Both the position numbers and the translations under genes were made by a program. The notes beneath the pieces were generated by a model that saw nothing but the letters and a program-made list of their open reading frames with translations, did no database searches and was not told the origin of the DNA. From Styela clava (lineage: Eukaryota), in NCBI RefSeq assembly GCF_964204865.1, contig NW_027556749.1, positions 1 through 64,000 on the forward strand: a DNA stretch of 64,000 nt, in the 5' to 3' direction. Shown piece by piece: positions 45,419-59,275 of the stretch. Position 1 is the first letter of the stretch. Each line of letters opens with the position of its first letter.

Positions 45419-46027
45419 TTATTTGTTGCTCAAGTCATCATCAATAATAATACCAGTTTGGGGATCTACTCTACGAGTAGCTTGTCTTATATATTCATTA
45501 ACGGGTTGGTTTAAATTTGTCACATTAGGCACATTAGGTGTCTTTTGTGTCATGTCCCCATTATAATTAGTAGTTGGGAGCGGTTCAGCCTTTTGAACAA
45601 ATAAAGAACTTAATTCGGTTTTTAAAACTTTAAACTCGTTAATCAAATCTTTGTCTTCTAACTGAGCAGATTTATTGCCTAATAAGGTCAAAACATGTTT
45701 CATTTTAGATTCATCGCCACCTTCTTTCTTAAATAATTCCTTAATGTGGTTATGTCTTAATGATGTTTGAGCTTGTATGAACTTCCCTTCAAGATCCTTA
45801 TGAGCGAGCTCTCTATTTTTCAAATTTTCGCCAAGAGTGTTTTTGATTTTCTCTAAGTTTGAAATTTGGTCGACAGCTTTTTCATATTGTTTCTTCAAAG
45901 TATCATACTTTTTTTCTCACATATTAAACTCAGCTACACTTACTTTAGTGTCTTTGTCTGTACTTGTGCTTTTCTCAGTATTTTGCACTTCTTGTGTTTC
46001 CACAGTTTCTTTTATGTTATTTTCCAT
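45419..46027 (-). CDS. Putative capsid scaffolding protein
   Basis: First late gene; coiled coil plus low-complexity tail. Confidence 0.65.
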
Positions 46028-46112
46028 AAATTTCTCCTATTATATAATAAGAAGGGATCTTAAAGTTGATGACGATAAGGAGGTACTAGTCGAAATAAAC
46101 TTTATACCCCTT

Positions 46113-46161
46113 CATATATATATATGTACAAAAACACTAAAAAAGATTTAATTATTTTTAA
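46113..46161 (-). promoter_or_regulatory. 49-bp element, putative late promoter
   Basis: Exact reverse complement of 12354-12402; points into the virion operon. Confidence 0.72.
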
Positions 46162-46641
46162 TTATTTTGAATTATTTTTAAAAACATCGAGTTTTACGTC
46201 TGAGAGCGCGAGAATAAAAAATCTTACTATAAGTTGAGGCTGTGACAAATTGAGTTACCCTAGGACCCTAAAAAAAGCTTGGGATATCCTCGGGCTTGAC
46301 TTTCTCGCGTTCTTGTGATATAATAAAAGGGGGTACCTTTTCACGTTCTCGATCGTTGAGATAAAAAAAAAAGTACTTGACAAAATAAAAATTTTAATAT
46401 ATAATAAACGGGGAGCCTTTCGCCGGCACAATTCGCACGATTGAACACGTTAAAAATGGGCTTGCTTTTTCTTCTTTTAATACTAAACCACGTTTAAACT
46501 CGTTTAGGCCCTCAAATGGCAATTATTTGAATATTTCAGCGCTACGACTGACACAATCCGCAAGCTTTCAGATTTCAACAGGCAAAAAAAAGACCGGGAA
46601 CATCTAAGCCCCGGCCCTAAATAATATTTATTTATTTATTA

Positions 46642-46950
46642 TTATTTATTATTTGCACCCTCCTTTTTCATCTTTGCCAAAATCAACCGGATTTTTAAAA
46701 ATTCAATTTCTTTTTTGGCCTGTAATTCTTTCGCCTCAAAATAATTTAAAAATTTTTTTATAATTTCGATTAAGTCGACCGGCTCCATTTCGAAGCTTGC
46801 CAAATTGTTTAAATTATTTATAATTAAATTATTTATAATTTTTTTGGCGTTGTCTGTTTCAAATGTAATTTTTTCGAGATTTTCGAAATCGTTTTTGTTG
46901 TCAAGTGTCGAGAAAATGGCCAATAATTTATTTTTTTGCTTTATTTCCAT
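46642..46950 (-). CDS. Hypothetical protein (copy 2)
   Basis: Same as 385..693. Confidence 0.8.
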   Translation of the reverse strand: MEIKQKNKLLAIFSTLDNKNDFENLEKITFETDNAKKIINNLIINNLNNLASFEMEPVDLIEIIKKFLNYFEAKELQAKKEIEFLKIRLILAKMKKEGANNK

Positions 46951-47639
46951 TATTCTGCACCTCCTTCGTCACGTTCGAAATCTTCAAGCATTCGTGCCAA
47001 GTTGATTTTATCCGCTAAATCGTTTTGCGTCTCGTCGTCCTGCGTCTTGTTCTCTTCAGATGTTGCGAGGTCGTGGGATTCTTCGCGTATACTTTGCGCG
47101 GTAATTCCGCAACTTCTCAAAATTAAATCTTTTCACGTCGCGAAATCTTCAGGCTTCAAGTCTTCGGCTTGAGTGTATCCATTTAACGCGTTCCAAATCT
47201 CCCCATCTTCTACCTCGTCGCTGTCGGTGAACAGGTCGCGCGCTCTATCCTCCACATCTTCGGTGCAGTAATGTGCCCAATTTAATTTATCATTTAAACC
47301 AGTAAAGGAGTTACAAAATTTAATTTGTTCTTTTTTCTCTTCTTCTGCTTCTTTTGCTTCCTCTTCTTCTTCGGCCTCTCTTTCGTCTTCGTCGTTGTTA
47401 TTTGGTCAAATAATCACGTATTGCGCCAATTCTACACGGTCCGCGTCGCAGTCTTCACGTGCTCCGCTTGTGCATTGGTGGCGGTTATAATTAATTTTTT
47501 TTAATAATCGGTTTTTTTCGTCCTTTATGTCTTGATTATCGAAACAGTCCGCCAAAAAATTATCGATTTTTTTTTTGCTTAAATCCGTACATTTTACGAC
47601 TTCAAAGCGTCCAAGTCTATTTTTTTTTGTGTGTGTCAT
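46950..47639 (-). CDS. Highly acidic protein (copy 2)
   Basis: Same as 693..1382. Confidence 0.8.
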
Positions 47640-48553
47640 TGTGGCACCTCCTCAATATTATAATAATAATTAAATATATATTAATTAATTAATGCATTTA
47701 TCTTTTACGTTTCAATTTAATTATATATTATTATTTTTTTTTTTGTTATTTTTTTTTTTACTTATTTTTTTTTTAAAATTTTTGCATTATACCACAAACG
47801 ACAAAAAAGGGGTAAAGTGTTAAAATAATATTATAGAAATTAAAAAATTGATTTTTGAAAATTTAAAATAAAAATTAAATAAAAAATTGCCAAAAGCTCG
47901 CCCAATTAATTTTAACATAGTTTTTTTTTTTTGTCAAGTTTTTTTTGAAAAATTTTGAAATTTATTTTTAGACGAAATAAAAAATTTGAAAGAGGAAAAA
48001 AAATTTTTTTGATTTGGGTTGTAAGAAGTCATTTTTGAAAAAGGGTGATTATCTTACTGACAGAAAAAAAGGCTATTTTTGCATATGGGACCGTGGGTTA
48101 GACTGGAAGAGGTGAATTTTTTTGAGCTAAAACTTTTACAACTTTTCCGGGCTAAAAAACACGAGTTTTACCTGTGATAGAACCAATACAGAAAAAAAGT
48201 AAAATATTTGTAAATCTATATGAAAAACAAAATTATTTATACTATTATTACTTTATTTATTTTTTTTTTAGACAGTAATAGGAATAAATTTACTTTTTTA
48301 ACGAAATGGCTTAAACACAGGGAAAACTAGACTTTTTGAGGCAGGAAAAGTTGTAAAATATTTGACTCAAAAAAATTGAGCTAATTTTTAGTAAGATTTA
48401 GAAAGCTTAGTAAGATTTTGACAACCCGCAGGTATAATAAGACAAAAACCACTTGGCGAAAATTGAAATTTTTTGAGGGTACCAGTAAGATATCGAGTAT
48501 GATATAATATAAATACTCAATGTGATATAATAATAATAAAGGAGAAAAAGAAT

Positions 48554-49111
48554 ATGAACAAATTAGTTTTAAATTATGAAGAATTAGAAAAATTTAAAAA
48601 AGATGTTGAAGAAGGTAAAATAGTACATATTACAAAGTTATTACCTTTGATTAAGAAATATTTAAAAGAACAATTAAAAAGCAAATTTAAATATGTTGAA
48701 TTTACGCAAGTGAAAAGTCGAAAGAGTGAAAGCAGATATATTTATATTAATTGTCGATATAAAGATGATAAAAATGGTTATGTAAGAGTTGATAGTTACG
48801 AATTCAAATTAAGATTTTCGACACATATTAACGAAGGTATTGATAATGAAATGGCCGGTTCAGAAGATTTTGGTGTTATAAATGAGACTTGTTGATTTGA
48901 GAAAGAATATATTATTGATTGTTTTAAAGATAGTCACGAATTACAATATTATTTAAATGAAATAAAAAGTAGTGGTTTGTTACTTAAAAAACAATTTAAA
49001 AGATGTAAAAATTGTAAAAAAAGATTTAAATATTATTTAGAAAAGAAAAACAACGATTATTGTGGTCATTTTTGTTGATGATTCACAAACAGAAAACCCA
49101 ATATGATATAA
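48554..49111 (+). CDS. Early protein, allele 2 of variable cassette, with C-terminal Zn finger (185 aa)
   Basis: Promoter plus AAGGAG RBS; CKNC...YCGHFC; absent from copy 1. Confidence 0.85.
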
Positions 49112-49150
49112 TAATAATATAATAATAAAAAAAATAAGGAGAAAATAATT

Positions 49151-49363
49151 ATGAAAACAGAAACAAAAAACAAAATGTGAGGAAATGATTATCTTTTCTT
49201 AGAATGTTCAATTTGAATTAAAGACGAACATTTAAAAGATATTGATTTTACAAAAGAAATTGGACCAAATGACGACGATAATAATGATGCTTATGATGAT
49301 TATGATATCGACGCTGATGAATATTACCACGACGACAACAATTGACCGCGTGAAGATTTTTAA
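49151..49363 (+). CDS. Small acidic protein (70-aa allele)
   Basis: Allele of 2816..3019 with 3 extra residues in the acidic tail. Confidence 0.85.
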
Positions 49364-52159
49364 ATAAAGGAGAAAAAATTATGATTACTACACAAAAAGA
49401 AACAGCAAGACAACGTTTTAATGCTATTTTGAATAAAATTGACAATTCAGAATATATATATGACATAGATGAAGAAGTTAATTATCTTGATGATATGGGG
49501 GCGGGATCACAATTTTATTTTAGAAAGAATTTAAATAAATTGTTTAAAGAATTAAATTATAAAGATATGGAAGAAACTTATTTTAAAATAATGAGCAAAA
49601 ACAAAGATTGAGCGCAAATTAAATTATATTTAGATGATGACGTAAATTTACAAGATGAAAAGATTTTTGACAATTTCAAGAAACAAACATACGATTTTTT
49701 TAAACACATCCAACGAATGATTGACGAAATTTTGAAAGATGATTTGATAAAGTTTAAAGCATATTGTGCGAAAGATATGGAGCGAAGTTTACCCATTATT
49801 AAAGGATATTTAAAAAATAATTGAGTATAAAAGGAGAAAATTATGAAAAAAAATACAATTGATTTAATTTTTAAGTTAGTAGGGATTATTAGCGAAGAAA
49901 AAGGTAAAGGGAAAGGTGAAAAAATTTTGGCGAAAAATATTTTGAAACATTTTGAAAGCGATATTAGTGTTAAATGTTTTAATGATCGTTGAAATTCGTT
50001 TAAAGATCGGCGTCGGGAAATTTTAGAAGTAAATTTGAAACAATTTAAATTATCTACATTAATATTGATTAAACATAGTTTAATTGGTGAAACTAAAAAC
50101 AGTTGTAAGATCCAAAAAAACAAAGATATAGTTGTTTATTATAATAAATTGTTTTACAAAGGTTGTGATGCCAACCTGGGTTAGGATATGATATAATAAA
50201 ATAAAGTTGAATATGATATAATAAAAATAGAAGAAAACAAAGGAGAAAAAAAAATGAATAATTGAAGATTAAAGATTATTAAAGAGTTTAAAGAATATTT
50301 GGAAGCTAAAGAAGCTAACCGATTAACACCTGAAGAGAAAACAATTGCTTCAGATTTTTTAAACATAATGGGAAGTTTTAGCCGTTCAACCGACTTTGAC
50401 AATTTCGAATTTAAAGGACGCGACGGGTTAAATTATTACGAAGAAATGGCGTTTGCACACTTTAGAAATTGAGAAAATGACAAAATTAATTTTAAAAAAA
50501 TAACATTTAAAACAAATAAACATTTTTTAGATTGAATTTTAAGTATCAATAAATTTAAGTTGAGTCGACTAAAAACAACAATTTCGAGACTTGAAGAAAT
50601 GAAAAAAAAAGAGGTTTATCGTGATAAAAAAGGAGGTAAAAAATAATATGAAAAATAAATTAGAATATGAAAGTTATTTATCAAACGCAAAATCTTTAAT
50701 AAGAAATGATAAATTAAGCGTTAAAGATTTGGAAAAATCATTCAAAGTTGTAAGTAATAATATACTAAAATTAAAAAGTGAAATTTTAAAAAATGTAGTA
50801 AAAGGCGAAAGCGTTTGAGTTGATAATCATAATAAAGAAAACTATGAAAGTATATTAAAAGCTATCGAGTACTGCCTTTACAATTATAATTTAATTAAAG
50901 AAGGAGAAGATAAAGAATATGATGAACAAGAAACTAGTTAATTTTTTAGCAATAGTTGTTACAATGATATATTGCTCACATTTGATTTGCTCAGTTGTAG
51001 TACTAACAACAATTGAGACTTTACCAAGTTGATTAGCTTTATTACCACTGTTAAATCCAACACTAGCTTTAGCAGTTTTTTCATTTTTTGATAAAATTGG
51101 ATGATTAGGAGGAGAAAATAATGAATAAATTAAAATTTTTTCTAAAAAACATAGTTGATTTTTTACTTATATTTATGGTTGTAGCGTCAATATTATTTAT
51201 ATTAGCATCAAATTATATTACTTATTTTGGGTGACTTAATAATATTGGTGTGTTGAAAGTTAAGAAACTTATTACAATCTATATATTATTAATTATAATA
51301 TTAAGTATTGGAACACCAATTGTTTTATATTTTAGTGTAGAGTCAATTAACATACAATATAAAATTATAAAATATTTGTGAAAATTTAAAAAGGAGAAAA
51401 ATAATAATGACAAAAGAACAAATTAAAGAAATAAAAAAAGATGTCGATAATTTAAAACATCTTGACGTTCCAAGAGCGATACGTCAAAATATGCCAGAAG
51501 AATTGAAAGATATTTGACGTTGTGAAAAATTTGACGATTTGACAGATGAAGACATAAAAGAAATACATAATGCCGTTGTGACAACTGTAGACTCATGAAT
51601 AGAATTAACGCAAGAGGCCCAAAATTCTAGTGGAGGCTTCAGCTCAGACGTTAAGATGTTTACATCGTACCGCGAAGACTTAGAAGATTTTAACGAAAAG
51701 TGAGAAAATAAAGGAGAAGGAACACAATGAATATAGATTTAAAAGATACAATTGAAACTTTAATTAATAATACTATCGAAAAAAATTTTGGAAAAGACAG
51801 AGCTTTAGAAAAGGGTATTAGAGAAAACGAAGCAGGAGTTGTTGATTTCTGAAATTGTTTTGGTCGAACAGCATTACATGTAATAGTTCACGAAGAAAAA
51901 AGCGGAAGGTTACATATACGAATTCCAGATACGGGAGACAAATTGACGCAATGTATTTTTATTAAACAAAATAAAAAAGGTTGAAAAAAATTAGAAGATC
52001 ATATTATGTTATCACTGAATTATCAAAGAAAAAAATTAAAAGAACACATTGAAGAAACTCATAAAAAGATAGCGCGTTTACATGAATTAGACAACCAACG
52101 AAGAAAAGATATTGAGGCGTTTTATAAAAAATGGTTTGTACTTGAGGAGAAAACAATAC

Positions 52160-53068
52160 ATGATGAATAAATTAGATAAATATTATACAAAACAAAAAAT
52201 AGCTAATAAGTTAACAACATATATATATGCGGTTTTAAAATATTATAAAATTGATTATAACAATTTAACATGAATTGAACCTAGCGCCGGCGAAGGAGTG
52301 TTTGTTGACGCTTTAGAACAAGTATTAGACATAAAACCTAAAATTCTGTGCTATGATATTGATGAAGATTTAAAGAACAAAAGAGTCATTAAACAAGACT
52401 TTTTAAAGGTTAATCTAAAGCATTCGGCGAAAAATATAATTTTTGGAAATCCACCATTTGGTCGATCTGGACAGTTAGCAATTGACTTTATCAATAAGGC
52501 TTCAAAAATTGCTGATATTGTTTGTTTTATAGTACCTAATACTTTGCGACGATATTCAACTCAAAAAAAATTAAATAACGACCTAAAATTGATTGTAGAA
52601 TTAACTGTTGATCAAAATGCTTTCGAGTATAAAAACAAAACAAAAAATTTCAATTGCTCATTTCAAATTTGAGTCAATAAAAATCGAGAAGAATTTAAAG
52701 ACGGAAAAAATTTGAGATTATTAGAAAAACAACCGTTTCGAGTTCCTTCTGTAAAGACGTTTATTTACAATAACACAAAAAAGACTGTCAAATTTTTTGA
52801 TAAGGCTAAATACAAGTGGGACGTGGGTATACCTCGACAAGGTTTTTGCGACTACTCAAAATTAATTACAGATCAAAAAGAGTTAAAGACAACTCAACAG
52901 TATATGTTTATTAAATATAATGATGAGTTAGCAAAAAAAGTTGTTGAGTTAATAGATTTTGAAGAACTGTCACATAGTAATACAATTGTACCAGGTTTTT
53001 CGACAACAGATTTTATAAAAGAATATAATGAGATCAGGAAATTACAAGGAGGTCATAATTATGAATAA
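52160..53068 (+). CDS. DNA methyltransferase (copy 2)
   Basis: Same as 5816..6724. Confidence 0.9.
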
Positions 53069-53606
53069 AACACCCATAATTTGCGTTTTTTTAGGTAATG
53101 ATTCAAAAGAGTTATCAAATACTAGACATAATATTGGTTGACTTTTTTGCGATTTTATGGCTTTAATAACGGAAAATACATTTATTGAAAAAAAACATTA
53201 TTATTACTTTAAAGATTACATTTGTACTGGTATTAGTCCAGTTTATTTTATTAAATTGAAAACACTAATGAATGATTCAGGAAAGATTTTGAGAAAAATT
53301 TGTCAAAAACAAAAATGAAATTATGATCAATTAATTATTTTTGCCGATAATACGGATTTAAAACTAACAAAATTTAAAATAAAAAATCATATATGTAATA
53401 ATGGTCATCGTGGAACACACGACATAGTTGAACAATTCAAAACTAATAAAATTAAAATGTTTTACTTAGGAATAGATAGACAGAAAAATTTAAAACAATG
53501 AGTGTTGTCTCAATTTGAGGATAAAGAAATTTTGTTTTTGAACAAATATATTTTTCCGAAACTTTGAAATAAATTTGAAGAAAGTTTAAAGTTGAATATG
53601 ATATAA
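53061..53606 (+). CDS. pth: Peptidyl-tRNA hydrolase (copy 2)
   Basis: Same as 6717..7262. Confidence 0.88.
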
Positions 53607-55952
53607 TAAATATATATAGAAATGAGAAACGAAATTAAAAAAAGTATATTGATATTTTTATTTATAGTAAATGTTATTTTTAGTATTATTTTGATTAAAA
53701 GTAATTTAGAATTAAATAATGATAAGTCAAACTTAGAAACTAAATTAGTAGAATTAGATAATGAGAAGACAAAACTAAACGGAATTATTAGATCTCAAGA
53801 AGATTTAAAAATAATTATTGGGAATCAAGAAGAAGAATTAGAAAGATTAAGAACACTTACTAGACTTCAAGAAACAAACCTAATTAAATTAGAAAACAAA
53901 AATAAATGTGATATAATAAATATATGGAAAGTTATGAAAATTTAAAAAACAAGAAGAAAAAAAGGAGAAAAAAGAATAATGAAAACATATAAAATTTGAA
54001 TGAAAGATAAAAAAGAGTTGGATAAATTGGAAAGTATACTATGAGATTTAAAAATTGAATATGATGCTAGAACTAGTATTGAAAGTACAATATTATCACC
54101 AAAAGGGGACAAAGACAATACTATTTGAGATAAAAAAGGTTTTTATGTAACAATTAAAACGTTTGAAAAAGGAGGAAAAGAATAATGAATAATTTTTCGG
54201 ATGGAAATGGAAAATATAAAAAAATATCTAGTGACGAATTAAAACAATTAGAAAAAAAAATGGAAAATACACTTATTAGTGCTGTTGAAAAAATGAATTG
54301 CGGTGTGGTTTATTGTGATTGAATGAGATGGGATGAGTCACCACATGAACCTTTGAGAGGTCGTTTTGTCGTCACTATTGAGTCTATGGGTCATAGATTT
54401 GACTTTGTAAACTTTAATATTCATATTTTAGAAAAAAAACCTAGACGATGATATCATTTAGAAGATAGTGATAATGACAAAATCGAAGTTTATTTAATAC
54501 TTGAGGATTTTGAAAAATTAGATGATTATCTTGAAGAATTTAAAAAAACTATTAGAAAAGAAATGCGTTCAATTATACGAGCTAAAAATTGAAACCAATT
54601 GTATAGTTATAATTTTGAAAATATTCGTATTAAAAAAGTTTGAGAAATTGGAAAAAAATATTTTGGTGATAATGATTTGACAAATACTTACCTCGAAGGT
54701 AAAGTTTCACGTCGCGCTTTCAACAAATATCGAAAAGCACTTATTAAAATAGTAAACACAAGACTTTCAAATTGAAAAAAAGGCGATGACCCTAAAATAT
54801 TTATTGGCGTATATGCTATTTTAGATTGAGAAAAAGAAAACGTTGAAAAAATAAAGACAATTAATAGAATTAGAAAAGAAATTGCTAATCAAAAATTTAC
54901 GAAAAAAAGAGGATCGTATAAATATAAAGGAGAAGAATAATGACAAATAAAGAAAAAGGAAAAAAAATTAAAGAAATGACAGAAAAACAAAGAGAACGCG
55001 AAAGATGAAAATTATTTTTACGAAAATATATTTGATTATCAAATCATAAAGACATAAAATATCATAGTAATTTGACAAATCGAATTTTAAATTGTAAACA
55101 TATTAAAAAAGATGAAGACAAAAATAAAGTAATAGATGTTATAAATGGAGAACTTAAAATGTCTGATATCGAACATGATTTGTTTCTTTTATTAAGAGAT
55201 GAAATATTTTTTGATTTAATTAATGTTATTAGAGATAATAATAAAATTGAAGAAGATAAAACAAAAGAACGGAAAAGATTAGAAGTAGTAAAATTACTAA
55301 AACGTTTTAAACAATATGAATGATCATGAATTACTATGAAAAACATGGAAGCTTTAGCAGAAGAAGTAAACAGACAAAATAATTATGATAAAGATAAATT
55401 AGTTACTTTAAATGACAGATTTTATGATAAAGATGTTCATGGTAGCGAAACATCAGATGATACTACTCTTTTTTATTTTTTAATTGGAAAAAAAGATGAA
55501 GATTATAAATATGCGACAGATGTTTCAATTTGTGTTTATAGAGGAGGTGATATTAAAGTTAAATATCCCGACATCACAAACTTTACAGAATATGATGACG
55601 ATGGACATAAAACTATGTATTGTAAAGTAGCAACTTATTTTGATATCCATAACGATTGAGATGATATTATTGATAAAATTAAAAAAACTATAACATATTT
55701 AGAAATAAGAGACAAAGAAGAAATTGAAGAAGCTGAAAAAAAAGAAGCTGATAAATGAAGAGCATTACGAAAAAAAGAGGAAAAGAAAGAGCTTGAAGCA
55801 AAAAGAAAAGAGATGGAAGCAAAAATATTAAAGGATATAGCAAAAAAAGCTAAGAAAAAAGCAAATGACAAAATGTAATTATTGTATTAAAGAACCTAAA
55901 GGCACATACTGTTTAGAGTGTTTTTTAAAGAACGAAAAAGAGCGTAAAAAAA

Positions 55953-56612
55953 ATGTTAAAAAAAGAAATTAAAAAATTTTGAGATTTAAATAAAATATTG
56001 GCGAAAATTGGCAATGTCGAAAATGTTACTGTAAGCCCTAAACTTGACGGAGTTGGGGCTTACTATGATAAAACATCTAACAGTTTAGTTATATGTCGAT
56101 CCTCGGCTAGAGTGACAACATTTTCTATAAAAAAAGATGATAGAGTTGAAGGCTTTGGCGAATTAGTTTTAAATAAAGAGTTTGGAAATCGGCGTGATGT
56201 TGTAGGTCTTATTAATAGAAAGTTTTATGATAAACGCCACGACTTGTTAGAATTTATTAACTACAAAAGAGTTGAAAAAATAATTAAATTGAAAGATTTG
56301 AAAAAGTATATTGAACAACAGAAAAATATTGATTTTTACACTGATGGTGTGATTATTGAACGTAAATATGCGTTTAAATTCGAAGGACCTAAAAGTTGTG
56401 GAACAATAGATAAAATAACAAAACAAATTGGCAAAAAAACGGGCAAAATTTCTTATATTGCTTGATTAAAACAAAGTATTAAATTGAATGAAATTACTGT
56501 CAAGAAAGTTAATTTGTCAACTAATAAAAGTAAATATAAAGTGGGTGACCATGTCGTTATTGAATTAAAAGGACAAACGGTTCCTATCATAATAAAAAAG
56601 GAGAATATATAA
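55953..56612 (+). CDS. Minimal LigA-like ligase (copy 2)
   Basis: Same as 9609..10268. Confidence 0.8.
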
Positions 56613-56613
56613 T

Positions 56614-57237
56614 ATGAATAAATTTATAGTAGTTGAAGGTATTGATTATTCAGGTAAATCAACCTACATAGAAAAATTGAAAAAAAAATATAAGAAAGAA
56701 GGAAAAAGTGTTTATGTGACGCGAGAGCCACGAGGAATTAGTTTTGGCGAATTATTAGCTAAAGAAGTCTTTTTTAATGACAACCTCAAAATTAGTTCGA
56801 TCACAAAAGCAATTTTGTTTATTAGTGTCGGTTGAGAATTATATAATAAAGTATTGGCTAAAAAGTTTAAGAAGTATGATATTGTGATTTGTGATAGGTA
56901 TATATTTAGTACGTTTGCTTATCAAGTATTTGGAGGTGATAAAACAATTAATCAAAATCAATTATTGACAATGTACACTTACGCGATGCCAAAAAATTAT
57001 TTACCTCACGAAGTACACTGAGTAGATTGTTCGACTGCCGAAATTTTAAGACGAGTAAAAATTAGATTACCAGCTAATAATTACGACGCAAAATGTTTAA
57101 AGAAAAGTTATGTTAATAAGATTAGAAAAGCCTACAAAGAAACTTTTGAGTTTTTTACGTATAACACTATCTATTTTAAAAAACGTATCGAATGAAACGT
57201 TATTGTGTTTGAAAAGGATGACAAAATTAATGAATAA
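56614..57237 (+). CDS. tmk: Thymidylate kinase (copy 2)
   Basis: Same as 10270..10893. Confidence 0.93.
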
Positions 57238-58168
57238 TATTTTTAAGAGTTTGGCGCAAATGCGCGATTTGAATATGTATGAAACAGATGAGTTGAAATT
57301 GATGCCTATCAATGAGGCAAAAAAATTAAACAAAACTATTATTGTTTTAAATTACAAATTATTTTATAATGACAAAAAAGCTTATGCTGTCGTTTTGAAG
57401 AACACGAACAAGTTTAAATATTTTGAAAGTAACAGTTGGGGCGAAAAAAAATTTTTTGCTAAAAAAACCTTTGTAAAGAACAATAATTTAAAAATCAAGT
57501 TTAATTGTCTTGACGGTGATTATGGATTTGTAGCGATTGACACGGTGGGTTCGAAAGCCCACTTTGTTAATTGAAATGAAATTTTAGATAGTCAAGTCCA
57601 TAAAAAACAAATATATAAAATTAGATTTAGTATTAACTATAATTTTTCAATAGATTTTTTAAACGATTCTTGACGAAAATTTCGAGCAACACATTCTAAT
57701 CTATATTTTAAAAATTTTAGAAACGAAGTTGATAGATATATAATAAATTTAAAGTTTGTAAGAACATTTATAAATAACATAAAAGGAGTAAAAGAAGATG
57801 TTTAAAAATAATAAAGAAAATAATGATTTAGGGGTATATAGTGATGATATTGATATTATGTTAGAAGTTGCCAATGAAGTATTTTGTAGAACAGTATCGT
57901 TAAGTTGAAGTACATGACAAAAAGTTCATGGTTATCAGAGTGCTACCTTAGTAAAACATTCATCAAAAATGAATACGTCTAAATTGTTAAATACTCGACG
58001 AACTATTTTGACATGTAAAGCAATTTGATCACTATCGAAAAATATTTTAAAATTGGAAGATAATGATAAAAATAGAATAAAATGTTATAGAGAAGGGTTA
58101 CGTTTTTATGTTACAGTGTGACCACCTACTATGTCATGATATCGAGAATTTAAAGGATTTTTAAAGAA

Positions 58169-58711
58169 ATGAAAAAAAAAATAGATATATTATATAATAA
58201 GTATGTTGAAACAAAAGACAAAAAAATTCTAAATAGAATCAAATATGAGATGATGGATATAGCAAAAAAAACATGTAAAGTTGTTTCACATATAAAAACA
58301 AAAGGTTATAGTGATCCAAAAACAATGTACAGTTTCTGTTTTGAACGGTTTGATAAAATAATAAACGATTATGAACCTACACATAAAACAACGTTGAGTA
58401 CATATACTGCTATTTGTCTTTGAAATTATTTAAGAAGTAGACAATATCATAAAAGTTTAGACATTACAAAATCTAGAATTTATACAACACGATCATTAGA
58501 TACTTTTAATAATGACAAATTAAAGTTAGATTTAAAGAGTATTTTAGGCGATACTTTTGATTATAAATTAATATGTGACTATATTGGACTCAATGGAAAG
58601 AAATTAAAAAATAAAGAATTAGCTAAAATATATAATAAACCTTTAGGTTCTATAAAAACAAGACTACGAACTATTGAAAAGGAACTTAGAAAATATTTTA
58701 AAAATAATTAA
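58169..58711 (+). CDS. Sigma factor (copy 2)
   Basis: Same as 11825..12367. Confidence 0.82.
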
Positions 58712-58953
58712 ATCTTTTTTAGTGTTTTTGTACATATATATATATGGAGGGTCTCAAAAAACCTCTAGTCCTAAATACATAAAATTTAAGAGTAACAAAC
58801 TCCGCCTTGTTACTAAATTAACTTTTTGACTTTAAACTGTTAGACACGGGTGCGTCTTTAACCACACTACAGTTTGAAAAGGTACTATAACCTTTTAGTC
58901 AAGTCGTGACTTAAACCGACTTAACTACCTCTGTTAACGCGGAGGTGGTTTTT

Positions 58954-59029
58954 GGGCCTGTAGCTCAATAGGGAGAGCATTTGGTTTGCAATCAAAAGGC
59001 AGTCAGTTCGAATCTGGCCAGGTCCACCA
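58954..59029 (+). tRNA. tRNA-Ala(UGC), copy 2
   Basis: Repeat of 12610..12685. Confidence 0.94.
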
Positions 59030-59033
59030 TAAT

Positions 59034-59110
59034 AGAGTGTTAGCTCAGCAAGTAAGAGCGCCTGTATTACAAGCAGGAGGTCAGTGGTTCAAGCCCACTA
59101 CACTCTACCA
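59034..59110 (+). tRNA. tRNA-Val(UAC), copy 2
   Basis: Repeat copy. Confidence 0.93.
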
Positions 59111-59116
59111 TTTTTT

Positions 59117-59193
59117 GCTGGTTTAGCTTAATTTGGCAAAGCACCCGTCTTGTAAACGGACGAGTAAAGGTTCGAGGCCTTTAACCAGCACCA
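59117..59193 (+). tRNA. tRNA-Thr(UGU), copy 2
   Basis: Repeat copy. Confidence 0.93.
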
Positions 59194-59196
59194 TAT

Positions 59197-59272
59197 AGAG
59201 CTATAGCTTAGTGGTTACAGCGCACGCCCTATAAGCGTGAGATCTTGGGTTCGATCCCCAATAGCTCTACCA
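59197..59272 (+). tRNA. tRNA-Ile(UAU), copy 2
   Basis: Repeat copy. Confidence 0.9.
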
Positions 59273-59275
59273 TTT

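Larger units (their letters stand above)
1..46257. mobile_element. Apparently complete tailed phage genome unit using genetic code 4 (probable Mollicutes phage)
   Basis: TerL, portal, putative capsid, PolB and helicase present. Sequence restarts at 46258 (CCCTAGGACCCT...). Genes open only with TGA=Trp. No integrase or host flanks recognised. Confidence 0.92.

Noticed and set aside
12354-46161. The 49-bp inverted pair as ends of an invertible or transposable segment
   Set aside because: No recombinase or transposase seen, and both copies sit exactly where promoters are needed.
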